The notes beneath the pieces are model-generated. The model had not been told where the DNA came from. It saw only the letters and a list, made by a program, of their open reading frames with translations, and made no database searches. A program made the translations under genes and the position numbers. Positions 10,318 to 19,360 of a DNA stretch of 64,000 nt are shown piece by piece; positions within the stretch are counted from its first letter, which is position 1; the number at the start of each line of letters is the position of its first letter. Source of the stretch: an uncultured Planctomycetota bacterium (GTDB lineage: Bacteria > Planctomycetota > Phycisphaerae > Tepidisphaerales > Tepidisphaeraceae); the NCBI GenBank assembly GCA_963841915.1, contig CAWJEN010000006.1, forward strand, positions 736,001 through 800,000. Direction: 5' to 3'.

Positions 10318-11924
10318 AGTGCAAGCTCCTCATCGCAACGTGTTGCCCACTGCTCGCCGGTTGTGCCGGCAGCCTTGACTCATACTCGCTTCCGCCGCGG
10401 GCGGTTAAGACGGTCGAGCCGCTCGACCTCGAACCAGCAACAAGGCCGACGACGCAGCCTGCCGCCGACTCCCTCACCCTCACCCTTGGCGATGCGAGGT
10501 CGCTGGCGCTGGCGAACAACCTCGACCTAGAGGTCGATCGTCTTGATATCGCCGTAGCGGGCAGCGACCTCAACGCAGAGCAGGCGACTTTCGAGGCCTT
10601 CTTCGAGGTCGACGCCCGCTACGCCAAGCTCGACTCGCCGATCGTGAACCAGACGGTCTTTCCGGCCGACGGTGGCGGTGGTGAGCCGGCGGTGCTGCGC
10701 GTGCTCGGCGGCCAGAGCGACGCCATCAGCATTGACCCGGCCATCGTCCAGCCGCTCCGCAGCGGCGGGCAGATCCGGCTGTCGACGCCGTTCGACCGCA
10801 TCACGACCGACACCGGCCGCGTGCTCAACCCGCAGTACGAGCAGGACGTGCGCGTGTCGATCAGTCAGCCGTTGCTACGCGGGTTCGGCAGCGACGCGAC
10901 GGAGCGCGGCATCCGCGTCGCGGCGGCGCGGGTCGGCCAGGCGCGGGCACGGCAGAAGCTTGGCGTCGTGCAGACGCTCGCCGCCGTCGACCGTGCGTAC
11001 TGGAATCTGTGGGCCGGGCGAAGTGCCGTCGATGTTCGGCAGATGCAGCTCGACCTTGCTCAGCAGCAGGCCGACCGGGCGAGGCGTCGCTTCGAAGCGG
11101 GTGATCTGCCCGAGGTCGATGCTGTCCGCGCCGACAGCGCGGCAGCGGACGCGAGAGATCTGCTGGTGCGTGCTGAGACGCAGGCCGAGCGGCAATCGCG
11201 ACAGCTCAAGGTGTTGCTGAATGCCGATCTTGACTCGCCATTGAACGTGGCCGATCCGTCTCGGGTCGAGCCGGCGTCGCCACCCGTGCCGGTGGCGTAT
11301 GACCTTGATGCGGATCGTTTGGCCGACGTCGCACTGGCACGGCGAGGTGATCTGCTGGAGGCCGAACTGCGTGTCGCCGAGGCGCGGGCGGATGAGTTGG
11401 CCTCCCGCAACGCCGCCTTTCGGCCGCGGCTCGATGTGACGTACGAGATCGGCATCAACGGCCTCGGCGGTGACTACGGCGATGCCGTCGACACGCTTGG
11501 AGACGGCAACTTCCAGGACCACGTCGTCGGGCTGCGCTTCGAGCAGCCTCTTGGCAACAGGCAAAGGCGTGCGCAGCAGCGGTCGGCCTTGCTCCGCCGG
11601 GCCGTGCGTCTGGCCGACGTGCGGCAGCGCGAGCTGTTGGTCAGGCAACAGGTCTACGACGCGGTCGGTTCGATCAACGACGGCTATCGACGGATCGAAA
11701 CAGCCGCCCAGCGGGTCACCGCGGCGAGGCGTCTGGTTGACGCCGAGACGCGAAGGTTCGACGCCGGGGCTGCATCGAACGCAGAGCTGCTGGAGGCTCA
11801 GACGGCCTTGGCGTCGGCGGAACTGGCGTATGCCGAGGCGGTTGCGGGATACGAGGTGGCGCGGGTCGATCTGGCCGAAGCGACGGGGACGGTACTGGGC
11901 AAGACCGGTGTCGTGATCGAGTGA
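10314..11924 (+). CDS. TolC-family outer membrane efflux lipoprotein
   Basis: ATGA overlap with the permease; lipobox LAGC; ALANNLDL, QPLLRGFG, helical repeats. Confidence 0.9.
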   Translation: MKCKLLIATCCPLLAGCAGSLDSYSLPPRAVKTVEPLDLEPATRPTTQPAADSLTLTLGDARSLALANNLDLEVDRLDIAVAGSDLNAEQATFEAFFEVDARYAKLDSPIVNQTVFPADGGGGEPAVLRVLGGQSDAISIDPAIVQPLRSGGQIRLSTPFDRITTDTGRVLNPQYEQDVRVSISQPLLRGFGSDATERGIRVAAARVGQARARQKLGVVQTLAAVDRAYWNLWAGRSAVDVRQMQLDLAQQQADRARRRFEAGDLPEVDAVRADSAAADARDLLVRAETQAERQSRQLKVLLNADLDSPLNVADPSRVEPASPPVPVAYDLDADRLADVALARRGDLLEAELRVAEARADELASRNAAFRPRLDVTYEIGINGLGGDYGDAVDTLGDGNFQDHVVGLRFEQPLGNRQRRAQQRSALLRRAVRLADVRQRELLVRQQVYDAVGSINDGYRRIETAAQRVTAARRLVDAETRRFDAGAASNAELLEAQTALASAELAYAEAVAGYEVARVDLAEATGTVLGKTGVVIE

Positions 11925-11954
11925 CGAAGCCACTGACGTGGCTCCGCCCACGCG

Positions 11955-12584
11955 TCACGCTGATGCTCCGACAAGCTGCGTGATGAGCGTTGCGGCCTCA
12001 TGAAGTTTCTGGGCGAACGTCTGAGACGCGGGAAGGTGTCGCGTGAGCGGATGGTGGCCCCAGAGCTGAGCCAGCAGTTTTCCGCTTTCAATGGCCGCGT
12101 CGGAGGATTCAAACCGAACGGCGTTGCTGGCGTCGCCGTCGTAGTGGCCGAGCGTTGCCGCCGTCTCGAGCAGGACGACGGCGTCGTAGCGGGCGAATTC
12201 GTCGGCAGGCGACGAGTCCACGGCATGCCAGTAGTCGACCGGCCCGCCCGGCCAGTACGCGCTGCCGTCGACGGTGCCGCGGTCGAGCAGGACGAGCCTT
12301 GCTCCGGCCTTCGTGGCTGCCTCATCGGCGGCGGCTTCCTGTTCAAGCTGGTGCCGGTAGATCTCGCGTTGGACGTCGCGGCGGGCGTCGTCGTCGATGG
12401 TGTCCCACCGCACGCCTCTGCGGCCGTAAACGCTGGTCGCCGCTTCGCTGACAGCCTCGACGCCGCCCACTGTGTCGCGCCAAGCGTGCCAGGCCGGCGA
12501 TGCGGTCAGGGCCGAGACGATGCTCGTCTTACCTGCCCCGGGGCCGCCGGTGAGGACGATGCGGATTGGCGATCGATCGGGCAC
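11955..12584 (-). CDS. AAA_28/NadR-like P-loop ATPase
   Basis: IVLTGGPGAGKTS, EAAT, LLDRGTVDG. Start uncertain (12584-12626). Confidence 0.8.
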   Translation of the reverse strand: MPDRSPIRIVLTGGPGAGKTSIVSALTASPAWHAWRDTVGGVEAVSEAATSVYGRRGVRWDTIDDDARRDVQREIYRHQLEQEAAADEAATKAGARLVLLDRGTVDGSAYWPGGPVDYWHAVDSSPADEFARYDAVVLLETAATLGHYDGDASNAVRFESSDAAIESGKLLAQLWGHHPLTRHLPASQTFAQKLHEAATLITQLVGASA

Positions 12585-12643
12585 CGGCGTCACGGTAGAA
12601 CTGACGCAGTGCAACGGCCGCCGCAAAGCCGTAATGTGCGGCC

Positions 12644-13402
12644 ATGAAGCTCCCCAGCCGTCGTGTTGCCGGTCGCCTGCTCGCGTGCAGCGTGATGTTC
12701 CTTGTCGCCGGCTGTGACACCAAGGGTTGCCGCACCGACAACTCCAGCGGCCTGCCCGCGGCGACCTTGCCCGTCACGACCTTCGGCAGCGCGAGCATCG
12801 GTGGTAGCGTCACCTTCGCCGGCACCACGCCCGAGCCTCGCGTGCTCGAAGAAAGCGAAACTTGCGGCGTCGTGATGGACGAAACGCTTGTCGTCGCCAC
12901 CGACGGCGGCTTGGCGAACGTGCTCGTTTACCTCGACGGTGCCGACGCCAGCACAGGCGAAGGCCGCGAGGCTGCCCAGCTGGATCAAAGCGGCTGCCGA
13001 TTCGTCCCGCGGACGCTGGCCGTCCAGGTCGGTCAGGAGCTACAGATCGTCAACGGCGACCCGACGCGGCACAACGTCCGCTTCGCACCCGCCCGTAACG
13101 AACGACAGAACCTTATTTTCGCCAAGGGCGGCGACCGTGAGACAGTCGTTTTCGATCGTCCCGAAGCCATGCCCTTCACCGTCAAGTGCGACATTCATCC
13201 GTGGATGGCCGCCAGCGTGGGCGTGTTTGATCATCCGTTCTTCGCCACGACCGATGAGAAAGGGCAGTACGCCATCGAACAAGTCCCGGCTGGCAGCTAC
13301 GAGGTGGTCGCGTGGCACGAGCTGCTTGGTGAGCGTCGCGAGGCGGTCGTTGTCGCCGGGGACGAGGTCGCCAGCGTCGACTTCAGCTTCGCCCGCGAGT
13401 GA
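12644..13402 (+). CDS. Lipoprotein with cupredoxin-like (HNV...CDIHPWM) and carboxypeptidase-regulatory-like domains
   Basis: Lipobox VAGC; LDQSGCRFVP, HNV, KCDIHPWM, VPAGSYEVVAWHE. Confidence 0.8.
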   Translation: MKLPSRRVAGRLLACSVMFLVAGCDTKGCRTDNSSGLPAATLPVTTFGSASIGGSVTFAGTTPEPRVLEESETCGVVMDETLVVATDGGLANVLVYLDGADASTGEGREAAQLDQSGCRFVPRTLAVQVGQELQIVNGDPTRHNVRFAPARNERQNLIFAKGGDRETVVFDRPEAMPFTVKCDIHPWMAASVGVFDHPFFATTDEKGQYAIEQVPAGSYEVVAWHELLGERREAVVVAGDEVASVDFSFARE

Positions 13403-13431
13403 AGTCGGCGGCGGGGCTATAACGTGGCATC

Positions 13432-14178
13432 ATGTCAAGTCGCACGCCCTTTGTTGCCGGTAACTGGAAGATGAACCTGTCCAAGAGCGAGGCCATCTCG
13501 CTGGCCGAGGGCTTGGCGGGACTGGCCGCCGACGGCGTTGGTGTCGGGTGTGCGCCTGCATTCGTCTACCTCGACGCCGTCAAGGCCAAGCTCGGCGACA
13601 GCGTACTGCTTGGCGCTCAAGACGTGTACCAAGAGGCCAAGGGTGCATTTACCGGCGAGATTTCGACTAATATGCTCAAGGACGTCGGCTGCTCCTTTGT
13701 CATCGTCGGTCACAGCGAGCGGCGTCACGTCCTCATGGAGCCGACCGAGTTGCTCGCTGAAAAGGCGGCCGCGGTTTTCAACAGCGGCATGACGCTCGTG
13801 CACTGCGTCGGTGAGACGCTCGACCAGCGCGAGGCCAACAAGACGTTTGGCGTCATCGACGGCCAGCTCAGCGAGTTGTCGCCGAAAATCGATGACCCGG
13901 CGCGCCTCGTCATCGCCTACGAACCCGTCTGGGCGATCGGCACCGGCAAGGTGGCCTCGAAGGAGCAGGCCCAGGAAGTACACGCCTACATCCGCAGCCA
14001 ACTTGCCGAGGACTTCGGCGAGGACTTTGCGAGCAAGGTCCGCATCATCTACGGCGGCAGTGTCAAAGCAGACAACGCCACCGAGCTGATGGCCCAGCCG
14101 GACGTCGACGGAGCCCTGGTCGGCGGGGCCAGCCTGTCGGTGGAGGCCTTTGGACCCATTGTCGAGGCTGCCAAGTAG
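13432..14178 (+). CDS. tpiA: Triosephosphate isomerase
   Basis: AGNWKMN, GHSERR, AYEPVWAIGTG, YGGSV, LVGGASL. Confidence 0.99.
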   Translation: MSSRTPFVAGNWKMNLSKSEAISLAEGLAGLAADGVGVGCAPAFVYLDAVKAKLGDSVLLGAQDVYQEAKGAFTGEISTNMLKDVGCSFVIVGHSERRHVLMEPTELLAEKAAAVFNSGMTLVHCVGETLDQREANKTFGVIDGQLSELSPKIDDPARLVIAYEPVWAIGTGKVASKEQAQEVHAYIRSQLAEDFGEDFASKVRIIYGGSVKADNATELMAQPDVDGALVGGASLSVEAFGPIVEAAK

Positions 14179-14209
14179 CCCCGCGCCTACCGTCGCTGCC
14201 CTTCGCGTT

Positions 14210-14617
14210 ATGGCAACTTTTCTCTACTCGCTCTTTACGGTTGCTTTCGCCGCAACCTGCGTCTTCCTGATCCTGCTGATCCTCATCCAGAAGGGTCGCG
14301 GCGGCGGACTCAGTGGCGCTTTCGGTGGCGCCGGCGGCAACACCGCCTTCGGCTCCAAGACCGGCGATGTCCTGACCTGGGTCACGAGTATCGCGTTCGG
14401 ACTCTTCGTGCTCCTGGCGATGGCGCTCATCTGGACCGCCGACGCCGTGGTTGCCGACAACACGCGGCTCCGTCCAGCAGCCCCTGCCGCTGGTGTTGTC
14501 GACAACGACGATCTGCCTGCCGACACGGCGGCTGATCAGTCGGGCAACGGGACGCTTGAAACGACGGACGGTCAGCCACCTGTCGTTGATGACGGTGACG
14601 ACACGCTCATCGATTAG
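14210..14617 (+). CDS. secG: Preprotein translocase subunit SecG
   Basis: LILLILIQKGRGGGLSGAFGG..FGSKTGDVLT; canonical position after tpiA. Confidence 0.95.
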   Translation: MATFLYSLFTVAFAATCVFLILLILIQKGRGGGLSGAFGGAGGNTAFGSKTGDVLTWVTSIAFGLFVLLAMALIWTADAVVADNTRLRPAAPAAGVVDNDDLPADTAADQSGNGTLETTDGQPPVVDDGDDTLID

Positions 14618-14634
14618 GCCGCAGGTCCGCCACC

Positions 14635-15540
14635 ATGATTCAAAGCATGACGGGCTTCGGCGACGCTTCGACCGAACGTGACGGCACCGCCTACGCCGTC
14701 GAGATCAAGAGTCTCAACAACCGATACTTCAAGCCCGTTATTCGGCTGCCCGATGTGTTGTCGTCGGTCGAGCCCAGGATCGAATCGACGCTGCGGAACC
14801 GCCTGGGGCGCGGGACAGTCTACTACACGCTGAAGCTTCGACCTGCCGAGACGGACGAGCGGGCGCTACCGACCATTGATGTCGACGTGCTCAGGAGCTA
14901 CGTCAGCCAGCTTGCCGCCGCCGGTCTGGAGCCACCTGCTGCCGATCGTTTGCTGGGGTTGCCGGGCGTGGTCAAGGTGCCGCAGGCGGAGGCGGCCGAC
15001 GAGCAGCTGCCCGATGCCGATCGGCTGGCAATCCACAAAGAGGTGGCGGCGACGCTGACAGAAGGAGCGATCGATCGGCTTATTGCTGCCCGGAAGGTCG
15101 AGGGCGAGTCGCTGGCCTGCGACCTGAAGCTGCACCTGGGCCAGATGGCGTCGCACTTGGCGGCGGTGAGGGAGAAAGCTTCCAGCGTCATCGAGCGGTA
15201 CCACGACAAGCTCGTCTCACGCGTCAACGAGCTGATTGCCAAGGCGGAGCTGAGTCTCGACAAGACGGATCTCATGCGCGAAGTGGCCGTCTTTGCCGAG
15301 CGGAGCGACATCAGCGAGGAGCTCGCACGCCTGTCGCACCACATCGAGCAGTTCGAAGAGGCCATCGACTTGAACGCGGCGATGCACGTCGGTCGGAAGC
15401 TCGACTTCGTGGCCCAGGAAATGCTGCGCGAGGCCAACACGATCGGTAGCAAAGCCCAGGACGGCGACATCGCCGGCCGGGTGATCGAGATGAAGGGCCT
15501 CATCGACCGCATCAAGGAGCAGGTCCAGAACGTCGAGTAA
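14635..15540 (+). CDS. yicC: YicC/YloC family endoribonuclease
   Basis: MIQSMTGFG, EIKSLNNRY, DISEELARL, GRKLDFVAQEMLREANTIGSK, KEQVQNVE. Confidence 0.96.
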   Translation: MIQSMTGFGDASTERDGTAYAVEIKSLNNRYFKPVIRLPDVLSSVEPRIESTLRNRLGRGTVYYTLKLRPAETDERALPTIDVDVLRSYVSQLAAAGLEPPAADRLLGLPGVVKVPQAEAADEQLPDADRLAIHKEVAATLTEGAIDRLIAARKVEGESLACDLKLHLGQMASHLAAVREKASSVIERYHDKLVSRVNELIAKAELSLDKTDLMREVAVFAERSDISEELARLSHHIEQFEEAIDLNAAMHVGRKLDFVAQEMLREANTIGSKAQDGDIAGRVIEMKGLIDRIKEQVQNVE

Positions 15541-15547
15541 GCGAGCG

Positions 15548-16498
15548 TCAGAAGCTGATTAGCCCCTCGTTCCGCAGGTAAATCGTCCCGATGGCTAGAA
15601 CCGCGCCAAGGGCTGCCATCGCCAGGAACAGGCTGAGCACCAGCAGAATGGTCTGTCCCTTGTTCCGACGAGCAGCGTCTTCGACCAGCCTCGCAGTCCG
15701 TTCATCCATCACCGACTGCAGCTTGGCCACGACCTCGCCCTGGACGGCCGTCTGTTGGCTGACGTTGCGGATGGCCGACGCCACGCCGCCGAGGTTGTCG
15801 GCAATGCTTTGATCGCTCTCACGCATCTTGTCGAGGCGCGACTGCATGTCGTCGACCTCGCGCTTGGCGTCTCGCGACTCGCGACCCATCTTGCCCAGCA
15901 CGTCGTTGAGCTTGTTGTTCTGGTCCCGCTGGCCCAGGATTTGGTCGCGGAGCGCTCGCACGCTTTCGGCCTGCGTGCGAAGTGACTCGCTCTGCAGCTT
16001 CAAGTTCTCGCCAGCAATGTCGTTGCTTCGCGTAAATTGCTTTTCGAGCTGTTCGGCACTGTCGGCATTCTGCTTGGCGACCGTCGGTAGCCACTTGAGC
16101 TGGTCGAGCAACTCGCCTTGGCGGTCGACGCTGGCATCGAGGCCGTCTCGGATGTCGCTCATCAGGCCGGATAAATCCTCAAACCCGCGACGAATCGAGT
16201 TCATCGCAAGGTCACGCTGATACGCACGACGGGCAAACGGCCGCAGAAGCCCCGGCGGCTTTTGATAGTGCTGCAGGCCGGATTCGTCGATGCTGGGCTG
16301 GCCGCTTCCGACCAGTCGCGTGACGATGCCGGTCGCTTCAGCCTGTGGCGTGTCTTCGACAACAGTTTCTTCTTCGGGCACCTGCATGACGTCTTCGGTA
16401 GGTTCGCCTGGCGTTTGGCGCATCACGGTCGCCTCGACCTGACGGGATCGGTCGCGGCGTTGACGCCGACTTTCGCGTTTGGCTCCGGTTCTCGACAC
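15548..16498 (-). CDS. Hypothetical coiled-coil protein with C-terminal transmembrane anchor
   Basis: Long Q/E/R/L-rich heptad-like region and a single hydrophobic helix at the C-terminus. Confidence 0.7.
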   Translation of the reverse strand: MSRTGAKRESRRQRRDRSRQVEATVMRQTPGEPTEDVMQVPEEETVVEDTPQAEATGIVTRLVGSGQPSIDESGLQHYQKPPGLLRPFARRAYQRDLAMNSIRRGFEDLSGLMSDIRDGLDASVDRQGELLDQLKWLPTVAKQNADSAEQLEKQFTRSNDIAGENLKLQSESLRTQAESVRALRDQILGQRDQNNKLNDVLGKMGRESRDAKREVDDMQSRLDKMRESDQSIADNLGGVASAIRNVSQQTAVQGEVVAKLQSVMDERTARLVEDAARRNKGQTILLVLSLFLAMAALGAVLAIGTIYLRNEGLISF

Positions 16499-16516
16499 TT
16501 ACCCTCAACATACCCC

Positions 16517-17341
16517 GTGACGGCCTTTCGACCAACCATTCTCCTCGTGATGCTGTTGGCAATCGTCGGGTGCGACCAGCACGTGACGCCGCAGAAAGGC
16601 ACCATCGCCTCGGCTACCCCGGCGGCGACGGACATCGTCAGGCGGCTGGGCGCGGCAGATCGCCTTGTCGGAATCAGCCGATTCGATGAACCAGACGCCG
16701 CCGATGAGCTGCCACGCGTTGGTGACGCCAACGGACTCGATTGGGAACAACTCGCAGCCCTGCGGCCGGCAACGGTCGCGGTCGGCGTTGATCCGGCACG
16801 GTTATCAGACGGTGATCACGAGCGGGCAGAAGAGCTAAGTGTGACGTTGTTGAACGCCCACGTGGTTCGGCTGGACGACGTGGCCGTGGTCGTCGCACGC
16901 GTGGGCAAGGCTGTCGGGACAAATGACGCAGCAGAGCGGTTTCTCGCACAACTCGGCCCGGCGAGGCCGCAGACAGATCGGTCGGTGCTTGTGCTCCTCG
17001 ACGCCGACCTGCACCTGGCGGCGGGGCGGCGAAACTACATCGACGACCTCATCACGCACGTTGGTGGCAGGAACGTCATCCCGGCGGAGATGACGGATTG
17101 GCCTTCTATCGATGCGGAGTTGCTGGCATCGCTGCGGCCTGATGCCGTCGTGTTGCTCTTGCCGAACGCCAACGATGCCACGCTGCAGCGGGCGGAGGCC
17201 GCGTGGCGTCGCCTGCCGTCTGCTGCGGTGCCGGCTTGGGAGAAGGTGATCATCGCGACCGAGCCGACCATCATGACGCCCGGCTGGACAGGCGTCACCA
17301 CGCTGGCGGGTTATCTGAAAAATGTTGTTGATGAGGTTTGA
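16517..17341 (+). CDS. ABC substrate-binding lipoprotein, helical-backbone metal receptor (BtuF-like)
   Basis: Lipobox IVGC; SATPAATDIV..LG..DRLVGIS, WEQLAALRP, YIDDLI..GGRN. Confidence 0.8.
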   Translation: MTAFRPTILLVMLLAIVGCDQHVTPQKGTIASATPAATDIVRRLGAADRLVGISRFDEPDAADELPRVGDANGLDWEQLAALRPATVAVGVDPARLSDGDHERAEELSVTLLNAHVVRLDDVAVVVARVGKAVGTNDAAERFLAQLGPARPQTDRSVLVLLDADLHLAAGRRNYIDDLITHVGGRNVIPAEMTDWPSIDAELLASLRPDAVVLLLPNANDATLQRAEAAWRRLPSAAVPAWEKVIIATEPTIMTPGWTGVTTLAGYLKNVVDEV

Positions 17342-17433
17342 GCGACGGATTCATCAAAACCGGCCAACGTGTTGCCAAGGCGGGGGTCGGGATGGGACCT
17401 TGAAGTACGGCAACCAAACTTTCTCGCGGCGTC

Positions 17434-17460
17434 TCAACTCAGGCGGCCGATGGTCGATAC
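17434..17460 (+). promoter_or_regulatory. Candidate sigma-28 (FliA) promoter
   Basis: TCAA-N15-GTCGATAC compared with consensus TAAA-N15-GCCGATAA; lies upstream of the PilZ gene. Confidence 0.5.
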
Positions 17461-17483
17461 ATGGACTGACCCCGCATCCGTTG

Positions 17484-17954
17484 ATGCGGATTCCACAGCC
17501 CGTCGACCACGTTGCCATGCCCGCCCAAGCCGCTACCACCACGATTTCGACCAGCACCCGTGCCCAGGACCGCCGTCGGCACCGCCGACACGAGCTGTCG
17601 CATCCGACGAACCTCAGCGGCATCCAGTGCGACTTTGGTGACAACATCACCGGTGGCGTTGTAGATCTCAGCGCAGGTGGCGTCCGGATTCGCACAGCAG
17701 ATGACACCATTCGTCCTGGCACCAACGTTGAGGTCCGCCTCAGCTTGCCCCAGCACGCCGGCATCAGCCCGTTCGTCCGCCTCGCCGGTGCTCAGCCAGA
17801 GCCGTCCTGCGAGTGGAGTGGCACCTTCGAAGTTGCTCGCCGCGTCGAACGAACCGACGGGACGTTTGACCTCGGCGGCACGCTGCTCAACATGACGCCC
17901 GTCGACCGCGGCATGCTCGGGCTGTACCTCAGCATCCATCCGCTGGCTGCGTAA
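17484..17954 (+). CDS. PilZ domain-containing protein
   Basis: RRHRR (RxxxR) and DLSAGG (DxSxxG) c-di-GMP-binding motifs. Start at 17484 or 17517. Confidence 0.85.
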   Translation: MRIPQPVDHVAMPAQAATTTISTSTRAQDRRRHRRHELSHPTNLSGIQCDFGDNITGGVVDLSAGGVRIRTADDTIRPGTNVEVRLSLPQHAGISPFVRLAGAQPEPSCEWSGTFEVARRVERTDGTFDLGGTLLNMTPVDRGMLGLYLSIHPLAA

Positions 17955-17984
17955 GCCGGCATGAAGTGCAACACCACCAACGAC

Positions 17985-18009
17985 AAAACCCGCGACATCG
18001 TCGCGGGTT
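17985..18009 (-). terminator. Intrinsic terminator-like hairpin, U-tract on the minus strand
   Basis: AACCCGCGAC-ATC-GTCGCGGGTT, with the A-run on the left side of the + strand. Confidence 0.6.
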
Positions 18010-18053
18010 CATCCGATCGTCAGATTAGCTCGGGCCAAAATCCCCGGGCTAGC

Positions 18054-18086
18054 GTCACCCCCGACCGACCGCCGGTCGGGGGTGAC
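18054..18086. repeat. Perfect 14-bp inverted repeat
   Basis: GTCACCCCCGACCG-ACCGC-CGGTCGGGGGTGAC. Confidence 0.9.
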
Positions 18087-18442
18087 TGCCCGTAGGAACC
18101 AACCGCGCTCCAATCACACGGGTCACCCAACGCAGGCAACCCGTCAGCCGCCACCACAGCGGCCGCCACCCACTTCGCGAAGTCGGTGCCGGGATCTGAA
18201 AATGCCGTCGGATTTGCACATTGATCATTGTCTTCAGCCTCAGTAACGCGTTGAAAATGCGGAACTTCGTAGATTACGTGCGGCAGAGAAAAATTTTGAC
18301 CCGCAGCAGCAGCAGCACGAAGTCAAGCCGATCACCGAAAAAGGGGTGCGTAAAACTTCATCACCTTCACGTCTCAGCGCCGTCTAAATGTGCAGAGGGC
18401 GGTTTACACGGGTATGGCCGAGCAAGTTCGAGCGGGCAGGCC

Positions 18443-18471
18443 TTGCCAGCTTGGGCCTTGTTCCTTAAGAT
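18443..18471 (+). promoter_or_regulatory. Sigma-70-type promoter for a probably leaderless gene
   Basis: TTGCCA-N17-TAAGAT, ending 6 nt before GTG 18478. Confidence 0.6.
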
Positions 18472-18477
18472 GCTGTC

Positions 18478-19308
18478 GTGCGGGAAGGGGACCACTCAAC
18501 GCCGTCGCTGCCAGACCGGACGCTGCCGGTCACGCCGCTGTCGTATTCGAGTCAGCCGGCTCCGCGTCAGATCCGTCGTCGCGGGTTCGTCGTCGCTTGC
18601 ATTCTCGCGGCCTGCCTCGGAGCGTCCTGGGTCGCCGGGGCGAGGGCACGGGATCATGTCCAGAATTATTTGTATGTCAGGCAGGCGGCCGATCGTGTCG
18701 AGCCCGCCGAGCAGGTGATGTTCGAGCCGGATCGGGAGCGTGCCGCTGATCTGCTGGAATCGGAAGACTACGAGCCGATGGCCGTTACAGGCGTGACGGT
18801 GGCCGAAGCGCCTGCTGTCCGGGTCGAGGCTGGCCATGTCGCCACGTTCGACGAAGCGCTAGGTGAAGCCGCTGAATCGACTGATCGACAAGGGGCATTG
18901 CTGTTTCTTCACGAGCTCACGTCCGCTTCCGGTGCCAGGCGGATTGTGGCCATCCGGTTTCTGCCCTGGGTGCTTCCCGAAGACGCCAAGTGGCGGCCCG
19001 ACATGCCTGCCGGGCTTGTCGCACATGTCTTTGATCCGGGGCATCTCCTGGCTCGACCGCAGCTTGTCGGGACGAGCCGATCTCCGATCCTGATCGATGC
19101 GAGCACGAGCGAACTGTTGCCGGCTGTGTTTGATCCTTACGCAGCGGTGGTCGAAGCCGATTTGCGGTGGTTCGCCGGACAGCCGGACGATCTGGACGAT
19201 TCGCATTTCACGCTCGCTTTCGAGCTGGGTGGGCAATTGGGGACGGTCGACGGTTTCTTGTCAGCCGACGGGTCGGCCGTGCACATGAACGTCCGCCCGG
19301 CCAGCTGA
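18478..19308 (+). CDS. Hypothetical membrane-anchored protein
   Basis: 276-aa ORF with RRR followed by a hydrophobic helix near the N-terminus. Confidence 0.7.
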   Translation: MREGDHSTPSLPDRTLPVTPLSYSSQPAPRQIRRRGFVVACILAACLGASWVAGARARDHVQNYLYVRQAADRVEPAEQVMFEPDRERAADLLESEDYEPMAVTGVTVAEAPAVRVEAGHVATFDEALGEAAESTDRQGALLFLHELTSASGARRIVAIRFLPWVLPEDAKWRPDMPAGLVAHVFDPGHLLARPQLVGTSRSPILIDASTSELLPAVFDPYAAVVEADLRWFAGQPDDLDDSHFTLAFELGGQLGTVDGFLSADGSAVHMNVRPAS

Positions 19309-19360
19309 GTCGTCAGTTTGATCACGAACGTCAACCTGCTGTGTCTACGGTCGCCCGACC

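Noticed and set aside
11955..12626. Anti-phage ATPase or defence system
   Set aside because: A small stand-alone AAA_28-like protein with no adjacent nuclease or effector gene.
18086..18240. c-di-GMP riboswitch near the PilZ gene
   Set aside because: The GCAAA/GNRA tetraloop-receptor architecture of class I could not be built on either strand.
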